A stretch of 64,000 nucleotides of DNA, taken from NCBI RefSeq assembly GCF_006345805.1, contig NC_043015.1, forward strand, positions 434,001 through 498,000, written 5' to 3'. Position 1 is the stretch's first letter; the number at the start of each line of letters is the position of its first letter. A program made the position numbers and the translations under genes. This DNA comes from Octopus sinensis. Lineage: Eukaryota. Positions 25,525 to 37,899 of the stretch are shown here, piece after piece. The notes below the pieces were generated by a model. That model did no database searches. It was not told where the DNA came from and worked only from the letters and a program-made list of their open reading frames with translations.

Positions 25525-25940
25525 TACAGAACACTACTAGCAATTAAATTAATACCACCCATACAGCCCACACCATTTACATTACAGGTCTGTATCTTGC
25601 ACAAAATCCAGAACTTAGTCCTTTACATATAATCTTTTTACACACAGACTAGTAGACCCGACACCGTTCGGTAATCGGTGTGAATTCAAAGCAGTGATCA
25701 GTAAATTTACGAACCCGGTATGCTTTTGAATCTCTTTAACAATTCACAGATAATAACTTTTATTACTTTTATCCCTATCTCAGTTCATCTAATTGTATAT
25801 ATCTATCGCTACTTATCATTTAAAGCCTTTAATTTTTAAGTTTTCCAATATGCATTTTCGCTCATTTTTCTTCTTACTTTCCACGTGTAGTTTCTATTTT
25901 CTTTTTGTAACATATTTCTGTTATATATATATATATATAT

Positions 25941-26222
25941 ATCACCGTGACCGACCAGGTTATCAGATGTTGCTACACATCGCATTGTTTTAGCCTTCAA
26001 ATGATGCCACCCCGCTGGCTAAGCCAGCAGGCCAACAGAAGAAAGAGAGAAAGTTGTGGCGAAAGAGTACAGCAGAGATCGCCACCATCTCCTGTCGGAA
26101 ATCGTGGAGCTTTAAGTGTTTTCGCTCGATAACCACTCACAACGCCCGGTCTGGGAATCGAAACCGCGATCCTACGACCACGAGTCCGCTACCCTAACCA
26201 CTGGGCCATTGCGCCTCTCTCT

Positions 26223-26301
<79 letters not shown>

Positions 26302-26320
26302 CATATATACATATATATAC

Positions 26321-26381
<61 letters not shown>

Positions 26382-26664
26382 TATCACCGTGACCGACCAG
26401 GTTATCAGATGTTGCTACACATCGCATTGTTTTAGCCTTCAATGATGCCACCCCGCTGGCTAAGCCAGCAGGCCAACAGAAGAAAGAGAGAAAGTTGTGG
26501 CGAAAGAGTACAGCAGAGATCGCCACCATCTCCTGTCGGAAATCGTGGAGCTTTAAGTGTTTTCGCTCGATAACCACTCACAACGCCCGGTCTGGGAATC
26601 GAAACCGCGATCCTACGACCACGAGTCCGCTACCCTAACCACTGGGCCATTGCGCCTCTCTCTC

Positions 26665-26742
<78 letters not shown>

Positions 26743-26761
26743 CATATATACATATATATAC

Positions 26762-26822
<61 letters not shown>

Positions 26823-27110
26823 TATCACCGTGACCGACCAGGTTATCAGATGTTGCTACACATCGCATTGTTTTAGCCTTCAATGATGCCACCCCGCTGG
26901 CTAAGCCAGCAGGCCAACAGAAGAAAGAGAGAAAGTTGTGGCGAAAGAGTACAGCAGAGATCGCCACCATCTCCTGTCGGAAATCGTGGAGCTTTAAGTG
27001 TTTTCGCTCGATAACCACTCACAACGCCCGGTCTGGGAATCGAAACCGCGATCCTACGACCACGAGTCCGCTACCCTAACCACTGGGCCATTGCGCCTCT
27101 CTCTATTTCT

Positions 27111-27176
<66 letters not shown>

Positions 27177-27197
27177 CATATATACATATATATATAC

Positions 27198-27258
<61 letters not shown>

Positions 27259-27260
27259 CA
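25941..27260 (-). repeat. Tandem triplication (442/441 bp) of a family R-related SINE plus CT/CA/TA microsatellite
   Basis: Units start at about 25943, 26385 and 26826; SINE head GGCGCAATGGCCCAGTGGTTAGGG on the minus strand. Confidence 0.95.
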
Positions 27261-27294
27261 TACACATACATACATACATACATACATAAATAGG

Positions 27295-28110
27295 AAGGGT
27301 TGGTGATAAAGCAGTTGAAAGCCACTAATGCATAGCAGCCATTTAAAGTACGAAGTTCTACGCTGGAGCATTGACCTGATGAAACGAGATAGCTTTTGTC
27401 AGTTTGCGTGGCCTTTTTGTCTTGATAGACTTTTGTAAATGCCTCAACAAGTTGATTTAGTAGTAGTCTCCATTGAGCTGTCGCTCAATTGACACAGTAC
27501 TTTTTGCATCCCAAGAAACTGTACATGATACGACCCTGGCCTTTGGATCAGATAAGAAGGGATGCTTCCACTACACAGATTGTCTCATTGTTTTAGAATC
27601 AAAATGGTGAATCCAACATTCACCCAGTGTTTGGATACGTTCAAGGATCTGCTTCAAAAAATGTCAGAATTTCCCCTGAGGGAATTCAACCTGGGGAGCT
27701 TTTGATCAGTTTTCAAAAGACCTGGTACCCACCAAGTAGAAACCTTCGTCATGTCAAGTTCATTGTGCATAACATTGTCAAATCTGACTCGAGATGTACT
27801 AATAGCATTGGCTATTTGACTGGTATACAGTTGCATGTCATCTATCAACATGTGGTGAACACGATCAGCTGTTTCTTCCGTGGTGGTAACGGCAGAACGT
27901 CTAGGTCATGGGTAATCTTCAAGACTCCCTGTTTCCCTTCTAAATTCAGGTGCCCCTTTTCGCAATGTTGATAAAGCTGGAGTGATATCCCATAATTTAG
28001 CAACCCTATGAGCATGAAAGAGCTTGGGGGCAAAACACATTTTCTGCCTGATAACACCACGATGCCAAATCATGTCTTAGTTCAATAAAAGTTGCTACTA
28101 GTTACTTTTG
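27295..28110 (-). pseudogene. Decayed mariner transposase
   Basis: EFRR...SLED; KVSTWWVPGLL..DQK (WVP motif); FEADP; WKHP; SWDAK; FHQVNAPA (HDNA-like); many stops. Confidence 0.85.
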
Positions 28111-28346
28111 AAGTTTTCTCCGAACAGACAGCCTATGATCTTTTCCGTCTACCCTTTTATATGCCCGTGTGTGTGTGAACGTGTGTGTTTGTCTATGCGT
28201 TTGCGTAGGTACGTACGTATTTGTATATATATAACTCTATTTTGCCATGTATATGTATATTTCTGTGTACACATGGATATACATACATACATACACGCAT
28301 ACGCACACACAAACATACAATTTCTGTTGCATCTGCTAACTATTAA

Positions 28347-28411
<65 letters not shown>

Positions 28412-28499
28412 TCATATTTTGAGATAGTCCCTGTATATATATATCACTTGTACGATGTGGAAAATATACCGCCAGCATTGACCAAATGACCTGAACATT

Positions 28500-28860
28500 A
28501 GTTTCAAGGTTCATCCAAGCCTGGGAGCACGGGTCATAAGTCCCCTGCCTAATTCAAGATCACAAAATATAGGTACACTGCGACATAATTTCTTTTCCTC
28601 AACAGCGCCTGCCCTGTTTAACATTATCCGAAAACTGATTAAAGGATACCATCACTTTTAATCGGAGTCTGGATCGATTACTTCAAGAAATACCAGATAA
28701 GCCACCCATACCTGGATACAACTCACTCAACAAGAACTCACCACTTGAATGGGCCATAAACTAAACTTGACTTAAAGAGGATTTAGATAATCCTATCATG
28801 TGGTGCTATTAAGTTAGAGACGACCTGGACCAATCGTTGGTTGAAACATATCTAATTTTA
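28500..28860 (+). pseudogene. CR1/L2-group LINE 3' end
   Basis: TLRHNFFSSTAPALFNII, then LDRLLQEIPDKPPIPGY..LNKNS..EW followed by a 3' UTR. Confidence 0.6.
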
Positions 28861-29664
28861 TCAGGATTGTTAAATGCCGTTGCTCTTCATCATAAATATA
28901 TCGTTTCCGTTTTAGATCCTTATTTCACTCGCTTCCGTGTTCTTTATATTACAAATTTCGTTATAGCTATTTGTATCTCACACACAATCTGTTACATTTA
29001 CTATAGTTCACATAACTTTTCTTCTATATTAAGTTAATAAAATATTACGTTACTATAATGCGATTACCTCACAGTTACATTCTGCCATCATTTTTGTATT
29101 ACATCACTGTATTAATTTTGCATAGATACAAAGCGCCATGATACTAATCAAAAATGCATAACACATTTTTCGCCAATATACAATAAATATCGCAAAATTT
29201 TGAAAAGCTCAAAATTCCCTTTTATCAGAAAACAGATAATGCTTAACCTGACATACAAATACAACAACACCTGTACAGATCTTCAAATATAATTTGCATT
29301 CAGTTTTAGTGTTATAGCATTCAAGCAGATTTTAATATTCATTTTAATAGGTATTCGAAAGGAATATTCTGTCTAAAATACAACACGAATAGTAATTTTT
29401 AAGTCATTAGAGAGACGGTACTTGAAAATCCCTGAGAAGCGACAGGTAAGACTTCACATCTGAACAAAAACATGTGTATGTATGTGTGAATGTGTGTATG
29501 GTATGCGTGCATATACGTATACACATCTCTCTGTATGTATGTATATATACATATATGGCTTAGGTGTTATATACACGTGTATATATATATGTATATATAA
29601 ACATATATATATATACATATAAATATGTGTATATGAATAAATATATATACATATATATGTATAT

Positions 29665-29701
<37 letters not shown>

Positions 29702-30077
29702 TACATATACATAATATATATATACATGCACACTGCGTTTGCTTGTGCTACAGTATGCTCTCTGCAGACATTTGAATAAGCAAAATGTTTCCACAAAATA
29801 TACTTTCTTCTTGTTCTTGTTCTTGTTCTTGTTCTTGTTCTTCTTGTTCTTCTTCTTCTTCATCATCATCATCATCATCACTACCATCATAATTATCGTC
29901 GCGTTCTGTTTTACATTTATTGTTCTTTTGTCTTAATTTATTATTTTTTTTTAAATAGAAAAAAAAGGAATATTAGTAAAATGAAAATTGAATTAAGAAT
30001 TACATTTTGAAAATTTACGTGATATCGAAATGGATGCAGCTAGTATTATTGTTTCCTTTATCATTATAATAACAATA

Positions 30078-30079
<2 letters not shown>

Positions 30080-30129
<50 letters not shown>

Positions 30130-31500
30130 TAATAATAATAATCATAATAATAATAATTATAATAATAATAATAAATACAAATGTAAAAATGATTAACAGC
30201 AAGAACTAAAAAACACAAAAGTAACAGAACAACAGTATGAAGAACAAAATTAAGAATAATTATTTTGGTGATGATGGTAAACAATTAATAATTAGAATAC
30301 AAAAGAAATATAAAAAAAAAGTATAGGCATCAACAGCGAAAAACGAAAATAATATGCATGAGGCGATTTGAAATTCATTTATAATTTTTAAATGCAAATC
30401 TATGAGTAATGAAAATCAAAATCAAAATCGATGCTCTATTTTTATTAGTTTCTTAGCAACAAGTATTCGAAAGAGAGAAAGAGAGAGAGAAAGAAAAAAA
30501 GAGCATAACCGAAACTTCAAAATGTAATAATAATAATAATGATAATAATAATAATAAAATAATAATAATAATAATAATAATGATAATAATAACAATAATA
30601 ATAATAATAATAATGATAATAATAATAATAATAGTGACGCCGGCGACCGCCATGAAGATAATGATGAGGAGGTGGATGCTTTAATCATTATTATTATCAT
30701 TATTATCATTATTATTGTTATTATCATTATTATCATTATTATCATTATTATCATTATTATCATTATTACTATTATTTTTATTATTATCATTATTATCATT
30801 ATTATTGTTAATATTATTATTATTATTATTATTATCATTATCAACATTATTTTCATTATTATTATTATTATTTTTATTATCATTATTATTATCATTGTCA
30901 TTATTATTATCATTATCATCATTATTATTATTATCATTATCATTATTATTATTGTTATTATTATTATTATTATCATTATTATTGTTAATATTATTATTAT
31001 CAGTATTATTATTATTATTATTACTATTATTATTATTAAAAGCAACAATAACAATAATAATATTAATAGAAACTGCAATAATAGTAAATTATAAGCGAAA
31101 CTAAAAATCTTGGCACAATAAAAAAAGTTAAGTAGAAGAAGCAGAGTTTTTCTTTGTTTTATAGAATTTCGTTTCGTTTTGCTCGGCAATGATTTTAACG
31201 AAGGCCAACATTTGTAATATAGTTGATAATATATTGTCGTTGTATTTATTGTTTCCATAGAAAAGCAGGAGACATTGCTGTAATAAATAAATAAATATAT
31301 AAATAAATAGAGAGTAGTAAAAAAAAGAATAGATGTCTCTGAGCACCATGTCGGTTATTTTGCATGATAACGTGAAATATTGACGTTAAGGAAAATGTAC
31401 TGTGGCCAAAAAAATAGTAATAATAATAATAATCATAATAATAATTATAATAATAATAAAAATAATAATAATGATGATCATAATAATAATAATATAATAA

Positions 31501-31531
<31 letters not shown>

Positions 31532-31575
31532 AATAATATTAATATTAATAATAATAATAAGGATGATGATAATAA
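30080..31575. repeat. (AAT)n/(ATT)n/(ATC)n tracts
   Basis: Directly visible at about 30080-30180, 30525-31075 and 31410-31575. Confidence 0.95.
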
Positions 31576-31824
31576 TAAACAAGGGGAGACAGCAATGTTG
31601 GAAATTATTTCATTTAAATTTGCCGCAAGGGTGCATTCACTTATATAATAAACAGTATAGAAATATGTTGCGATAAATAAAACAAAATGATTTAAAAACG
31701 AGAGGTGGGTTTCAGAGGTTATACAATATATTAAGATGTGGTAAGTAAATTTTCTTTCTTATTTATCACTACATTAGCGAACACACACACACACACACGC
31801 AAAACATTTATATATATATATATG

Positions 31825-32160
31825 CCGTAAATCTTCGAGTATAATCCGCCCTTGAGTAAGGGATTTTTAGAGGCTTTACCTCTGAAACACCTAAACCTTG
31901 TGTATAATACGCACTCCTTTTCTAGCTTGAGTCGTGCGTAATTAAGCTAGCAGCACCTAGTCGAACAAAAACTTCCGCGCATGCGTAATACAATAGTGTT
32001 GATGTTCTTAACTGTTATATGAGAATGTAAATATGTTTGCAAATTGTTTTTGATGCATGTTATTCTGTGTTCTGAATGCTTTTAGTTTAATAAATGTTGT
32101 TTACTGCAAGTTATGGATGATTCTTTTTTGACTTCATTGCTTTCAGGCTTAGCTTAAGGA
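31825..32160 (+). mobile_element. Truncated second copy of the 15409 MITE
   Basis: Same TIR CCGTAAATCTTCGAGTATAATCCGCC and shared internal AATAAATGTTG..TTACTGCAAGTTATGGATGAT; no right TIR. Confidence 0.8.
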
Positions 32161-32915
32161 ATTTGGATTTAGCAGACAAATTGACGTTGCAGAGATTCGC
32201 AGCAGATCCGATCAGATTTATCCCATGCAGTTCGGGAGTGGAAACAGGGTTGCAGATCAGCACTGAAAAGGCCAAAGCCCTGTCATTTGATGGAACCAAA
32301 GCACACCTTGTCAATCTCAGACAAAAAGAGATCGGGTACATCGATACGTTTATATTAGTCGTAGGCTGTTCTCAGCAAGAATGATGCAGAAGTTGAAGGC
32401 TATATCATGATAGTTAAAGCGACCTCAATATTACAAAGCCTTTGTTCAATCTGGTGAAGATCGAAGACAATCACTAAGACGATAAAGCTGCCGCTATGCA
32501 CATTTATTTTTATACTAACAACCATTTACGCCTGTAAAACCTGGAAGATAGCGAAAATCTTGCAATTTCAGGACGCGTTATTTCGACATACCCTACACTC
32601 GACCGTGGGGGTCTCTAACCTTGGACAGTGTAAGAAACGAAGCGGTGATGAAAAGACCTAGCATTGGAAGTTTGTAGGATTTCATCGCGATGGTAACATG
32701 ACTTTCCTGCGGTTATCAAATAATATCTCCGGTTAGTCGTATCTGCTGTTTAGTCCAAAAGACCGAGTATAGGACCTAGGTAGACATAATGCAGTAGATT
32801 CCAGGATCACCTGATAGCGATGGTAGATGGCCCAAATGGAGCCTTCAGGAAAGCGAACAATGGGTATATTTGGAGAGAAGGCTGTTTGCCCGCTGTGCTG
32901 ACGACACTAGAGGAT
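32160..32915 (+). pseudogene. Decayed RTE-clade LINE RT 3' fragment
   Basis: GLQISTEKAK (GLxINxxKTK-like), EIGYIDTF, TIYACKTWK (xAIYxxETW motif). Confidence 0.55.
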
Positions 32916-33102
32916 CTAGGAGCTAATGTAACCCCACATAAAATTCCCACTGTGTTTCTGTTAACGAAATATATTTGCAATGAAATAGGTCGGGCCGAAA
33001 TTATAGCAGGAGGCATTTCACCAAACTGCTGCGCAATAGCACTGAACCTACGAATTCGTGGCTGCAAAGTTAACATACAACCATACATGTGCTGGTACAC
33101 AA

Positions 33103-33194
<92 letters not shown>

Positions 33195-33240
33195 AAATAG
33201 CGATCTCATTCCTCCGCCTTCCCTTCTATTAGACTTTCTT

Positions 33241-33375
33241 GTTTCCGAAGAAGAGCGTCTACTCGAAACGTTAAACCATCTTTCTTTACTTCCCTGAGTG
33301 TCTTCCCATACTTTACATGTACTACGTTCTCACGCTGTTGATTTTTTGTCTTTGTTCTTTTTCCGATTTACTATA
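33241..33375 (+). mobile_element. Short PLE terminal-repeat-like element with hammerhead-like head
   Basis: GTTT-CCGAAGA-A-GAG(CGTCTA)CTC-GAAACGTT-AAAC, TGAGTGT at 33295, T-rich tail. Confidence 0.6.
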
Positions 33376-34919
33376 TTTACACACACACACATATATATAC
33401 ATATATATATATATACATAGATATGCATTCATATATATATATACATAAATGTACACACACACACATATATATATGTACACATATATATATACATGCATAT
33501 ATATATATATATATATATATACATGCATACATACAAACATAATAGTATAATTTCTATGATCATACTTCGTATTAAAAGGAAATCGTTACATTTTTTAAAA
33601 ATCAAAAGTTGGACTCTATCCACATTTCACATAAAACTTGTACTTGAAGATAACTGATATGTATTTTCAAACGCTGTAGAATGTAAAAAGTCTCATACAA
33701 TGAATAGGGAATTAAAACAAAATCAAAATTACATTGTTTCGTTTATCATTAATGTTGCTCTTGATCAACTCAAATTTTATGCTTTTTATTATTAATGTTG
33801 CGGCAAATTTATTGAACACCATATCGCATTCATTAATGTTGTTCTAACCCGATTGATGTATTTTGCATGTTGCTCTTTTCAGAGATTCGTCGAGTGTAGA
33901 GACTGAATTGATTTGGCGGTTTGTTAAGGAAAAAAACAACAAAAAACAATGTATAAGAGACAACGAGGAAGTTGTGGTGTGGCTTTTTGATTGCTAGATT
34001 TGGCAACCGTATGCTCATAAAATTCAAGTATTTCTTAGGAAGAGTTTACATTGATCAACATAATTCTGGATAAAGAAGGGTGTGAGATAGACAGGACTGG
34101 AGCGCATTTGAGTATAGGTCCCTTCGAACAGGGTTTATTAGTTATAAATTATATGGAGGGGAAAAGGGATTGAAAAGAGGGAGGATGAAGAGGAGGAGGA
34201 AGAGGGGGAGGGGAACAATTCCAACTGCAACAACCATGAGATATATTATTAGTACAAATATTGGTAACATGCTGCACTCTCGATTTCAACAATGCATTAG
34301 TGCGTGGGATCCACCTTAAAACAAATGTCTAAATAATTCTATAAACACTAAACAATAGAGACAAACATGACCTCGAATACTTGTAGAAACACACACCTTT
34401 GGAAATTACGCTTGAGAAAAAACAAAAAAAAAAAAAAACAAAACGAAACAAAAAAAGGTAACAATTGCAAAAACAACATCAACAACTGCTGCAGCAACAA
34501 TTTCACACTTACATATAAGGCTGTCCGACGAAACTATTAGAGGAGGTAAATAGCAATTGTAAACGTTTTATTTCGAATAAGGATTTGTATTTGTATTTCT
34601 TCAATAAAGACAAGACCCAAGCTCTGAAGGTGCTATGGGAATATAGCGTCATTAAGGCCCTCTGCCCTTCCTCAAGCACGGTTGAAAAAAGCCCCTCTGC
34701 CCTTCCTTTGAGCACGGTTGAAAAATAACTGATGTCTCTGTGCCCCAAACTAAGGGAGAGGCGTTCGTTACACCATCAGTAGATAAATGATATTGCGGGG
34801 CTTGGCTTGGGCAATCTTCGTTGAGGTAATGGAATTGGTGGTGTAGTGTAAAAGGCAATCTTTATTTCGGTTTTTGTGGTAATTGTTGTACTGGTGGTGG
34901 TGGTGGTTGCTCAGTGGTG

Positions 34920-35335
34920 AGGATTGCCTCCTCTTCAATCAAATGTGCTGCCTGGAAACCCAAGATAAACATGCGTATTACTATATCCAGCAAGAATAAG
35001 GAGAAAGCTATTGAAGGAGTGCGTGGTAGACAGCAATTCCTAGAAGCTGTAGCTCCAAGTGTCAATAAGGGGATCGAAGATAATCAAAACGATAAACCTT
35101 ACAGCCATAATCATCTAATTTTATACTAACAGCCATATACGCCAGTGAAACCTGGAAGACAGCGAATATCTCACTATTGCTAGACTTGCTACATCGAGGC
35201 AGCTCTGATTTCTGTTTCGTCAAGAGTCGGACAATCTGTTTAGTGTTTAGTTCTCGACGTTTAGAAGCCGACGAGCTGCAGCACAAACTCTCCCACAACC
35301 GCTGATACTAACCAACTTCTGCAAGACAAGGAAAA
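34920..35335 (+). pseudogene. Decayed RTE-clade LINE fragment
   Basis: ILTAIYASETWKTANIS...LLHR; homologous to about 32510-32570. Confidence 0.55.
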
Positions 35336-35774
35336 TATAATGAAAGCAGGAGACAGGAGGCAATATTGTATTCGAGTTACCCTTGAAGAAGAAAGACAAA
35401 ACCTAAAAAAAAAAAAATTAAAAACAGAAAACTTCGACGACCAAAGAGACAACGGTGACGGTAACGTCATCGACAATGACAGCGGCTGTGTCGGAGGCGG
35501 AGGTATCGGTGGTAGCGGCGGAGGAGTTAACAAAATAATGTGTAGTTCTCACTCGCGTGAAGGTGATTGACCCTAAATATTTCCCTATGTACTTTTACAT
35601 ATTTCGTGTTATTCATTGTTTGTTTATTGTTATATAATATTTGTTCTTATTGTATTCAAATGCATGGCGTCTTTTTTTTTTCGTATAATGACCTAAACAA
35701 CAATCTCGTTTTTATGTCTTTCTCCTGTCACACATATTTTCATAAACCTTCCCTAGGTTTAACGTTTTCGTATA

Positions 35775-35821
35775 TTGTATGTATGTATGTATGTATGTAT
35801 GTATGTATGTATGTATGTATG

Positions 35822-35854
<33 letters not shown>

Positions 35855-35863
35855 CTTCTCTCG

Positions 35864-35910
<47 letters not shown>

Positions 35911-36029
35911 ATGTATGTTATATATATATATGTATATATAGGTATATATATATATATATGTATGTAATATGTATATATATATATATGTATGTATATATGT
36001 ATATATATGTTTATAGGTATATATATATA

Positions 36030-36072
<43 letters not shown>

Positions 36073-36110
36073 ATATACACATACATACACGCAGACATAT
36101 ATATTTGTAT
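35775..36110. repeat. Compound (TATG)n(TATC)n(CT)n(TA)n microsatellite
   Basis: Directly visible. Confidence 0.95.
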
Positions 36111-36751
36111 GTAAGAATGTATTATATAAGTGTTTGTGTATTTATAAATGTACGAATGTTATGAATATATTGCCCTCCGTTCCTAATAAAGAACTATTGT
36201 AATTACACTTACGATATGTAGAAAAACGGAAAATAATCCAGGCATTTTGTTGAAGATTTCCCACAGAAAACGTCAAGAGGTTGGCCCTACTGTTGCGGAC
36301 GTTTTCTGTGCTGGAAGAATATTTTTTCAGATTTTGCTATATTTTTGTCGTATTTTTCATATTTATTTGTTTCATTTTGAATATTGTGAGCACCACTTTT
36401 GTGACATACTCCGTCTTTTTTTATCCTTTTGAATGTCTTGGGTCCTTACGGTCAATAAATATTAGCAATGATTTTTACCACTTTAAGAAAAGCGTCGAGT
36501 TTAGAGAATCTCTACAGCGCTCAAAATATGAGTTACAGTATTTCTTCTAGCTATTCATACGAGTTCAAATCACTCCGGGATTAATTTGCCTTTCATATTT
36601 TAGGGTCAGAAATACGAAAGAGCCAGTCACGTATTGGAACGTTATTGCCTAACACTAACACGTTAGAATTACTGCCCCAAATTAGAAATAATTATTGTAA
36701 TCATACACATGGTAAATGGGCACAATTTTTTCAGTACGGGACATATTTGTT

Positions 36752-37140
36752 GCAGAAAAGTTAGCACGCCGGGCGAAATACCCAGCGGTATTTCGTCTGC
36801 CGCTACGTTCTGAGTTCAAATTCCGCCGAGGTTGACTTTGCTTTTCATACTTTCGGGGTCGATTACATAAGTACCAATTACGAACTGGGGGCGATATAAT
36901 CGACTTAATCCGTTTGTCTGACCTTGTTTGTCCCCTCTGTGTTTAGCCCCTTGTGGGTAGTAAAGAAATTGGTATTTCGTCTGTCTTTACGTTCTGTGAT
37001 CAAATTCCACCGAGGTCATCTTTGCCTTTCATAGTTTTGGGGTCGATAAATTAACTACCAGTTGCGTACTGGGTCGATCTAATCGACTGGCCTCCTCCCC
37101 CCAAATTTCGCTCCATGTGCTTAGAGTAGAAAATATTATT
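36752..37140 (+). mobile_element. Family M SINE: head plus tail-A body plus tail-B body
   Basis: Bodies start at 36787 and 36971, 184 bp apart. Confidence 0.85.
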
Positions 37141-37665
37141 TGTTCTGGCTCTTCACGTTCTGTGTTCAAATCCTATCAAGGACACCATTGCTATTTTATC
37201 CCTCTAAGGTCAGTACTCCTTTCCAAAAGAAAGGCTCCAGACTTGTACAGATACAACTTGGCACCAGTTTCGGCATTGGTTTTGGTGTCAGAACACAAAG
37301 AGATGCAGTAGATATTGCAAGAATTCTCACCTATTCTAACAGTTCTGCTAGATTTCCATTGGTATATTGTAATCAACATCAAAGTTGGAGAGGTAAAGTA
37401 AACCTTGACGGAATTTGAGATTACAGAGTCAGATAACTTATCCAACACAATCAGCACTATAAATCTGATGCATCTGCAGGAGCTTAAGTGGTCTGTAATT
37501 GAGAATATCACCAGGAGTATTGCAGCATATGTAGCTGTAAAGCCTAGAAATCGGAGTCAGCCGCTTAATGAGGTCCGTTTCTGTTACATATCATTGGTCA
37601 TATTTGGCGGTGACTTGGCAGTCTTCAGGTTATAACATAAATCTCATTGTGGTATTTCTTACAAC

Positions 37666-37899
37666 AAGGCGGCGAGCTGGCAGAATCGTTAACACGCCGG
37701 ACGAAATGCTTAGCGGTATTTCGTCTGCCGCTAATGTTCTGAGTTCAAATTCCGACCAGGTCGACTTTGCCTTTCATCCTTTCGGGGTCGATAAAATAAG
37801 TACCAGTTACGCACTGGGGTCGATATAATCGACTTAATCCGCTTGTCTGTCCTTGTTTATCCTCTCTGTGTTTACCCATTTATGGGTAGTAAAGAAATA
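37666..37899 (+). mobile_element. Family M SINE monomer
   Basis: Full head and tail A. Confidence 0.88.

Noticed and set aside
27376-27386. CTGATGAAACG as a hammerhead core
   Set aside because: There is no helix II; it is the antisense of the mariner FHQxNAP coding motif.
32820-33200. 126-aa ORF as a gene
   Set aside because: It starts in the decayed RTE tail and ends in a TA microsatellite; no motif.
37140-37635. Overlapping ORFs on both strands
   Set aside because: Short, stop-interrupted, flanked by SINEs, with no recognisable domain.
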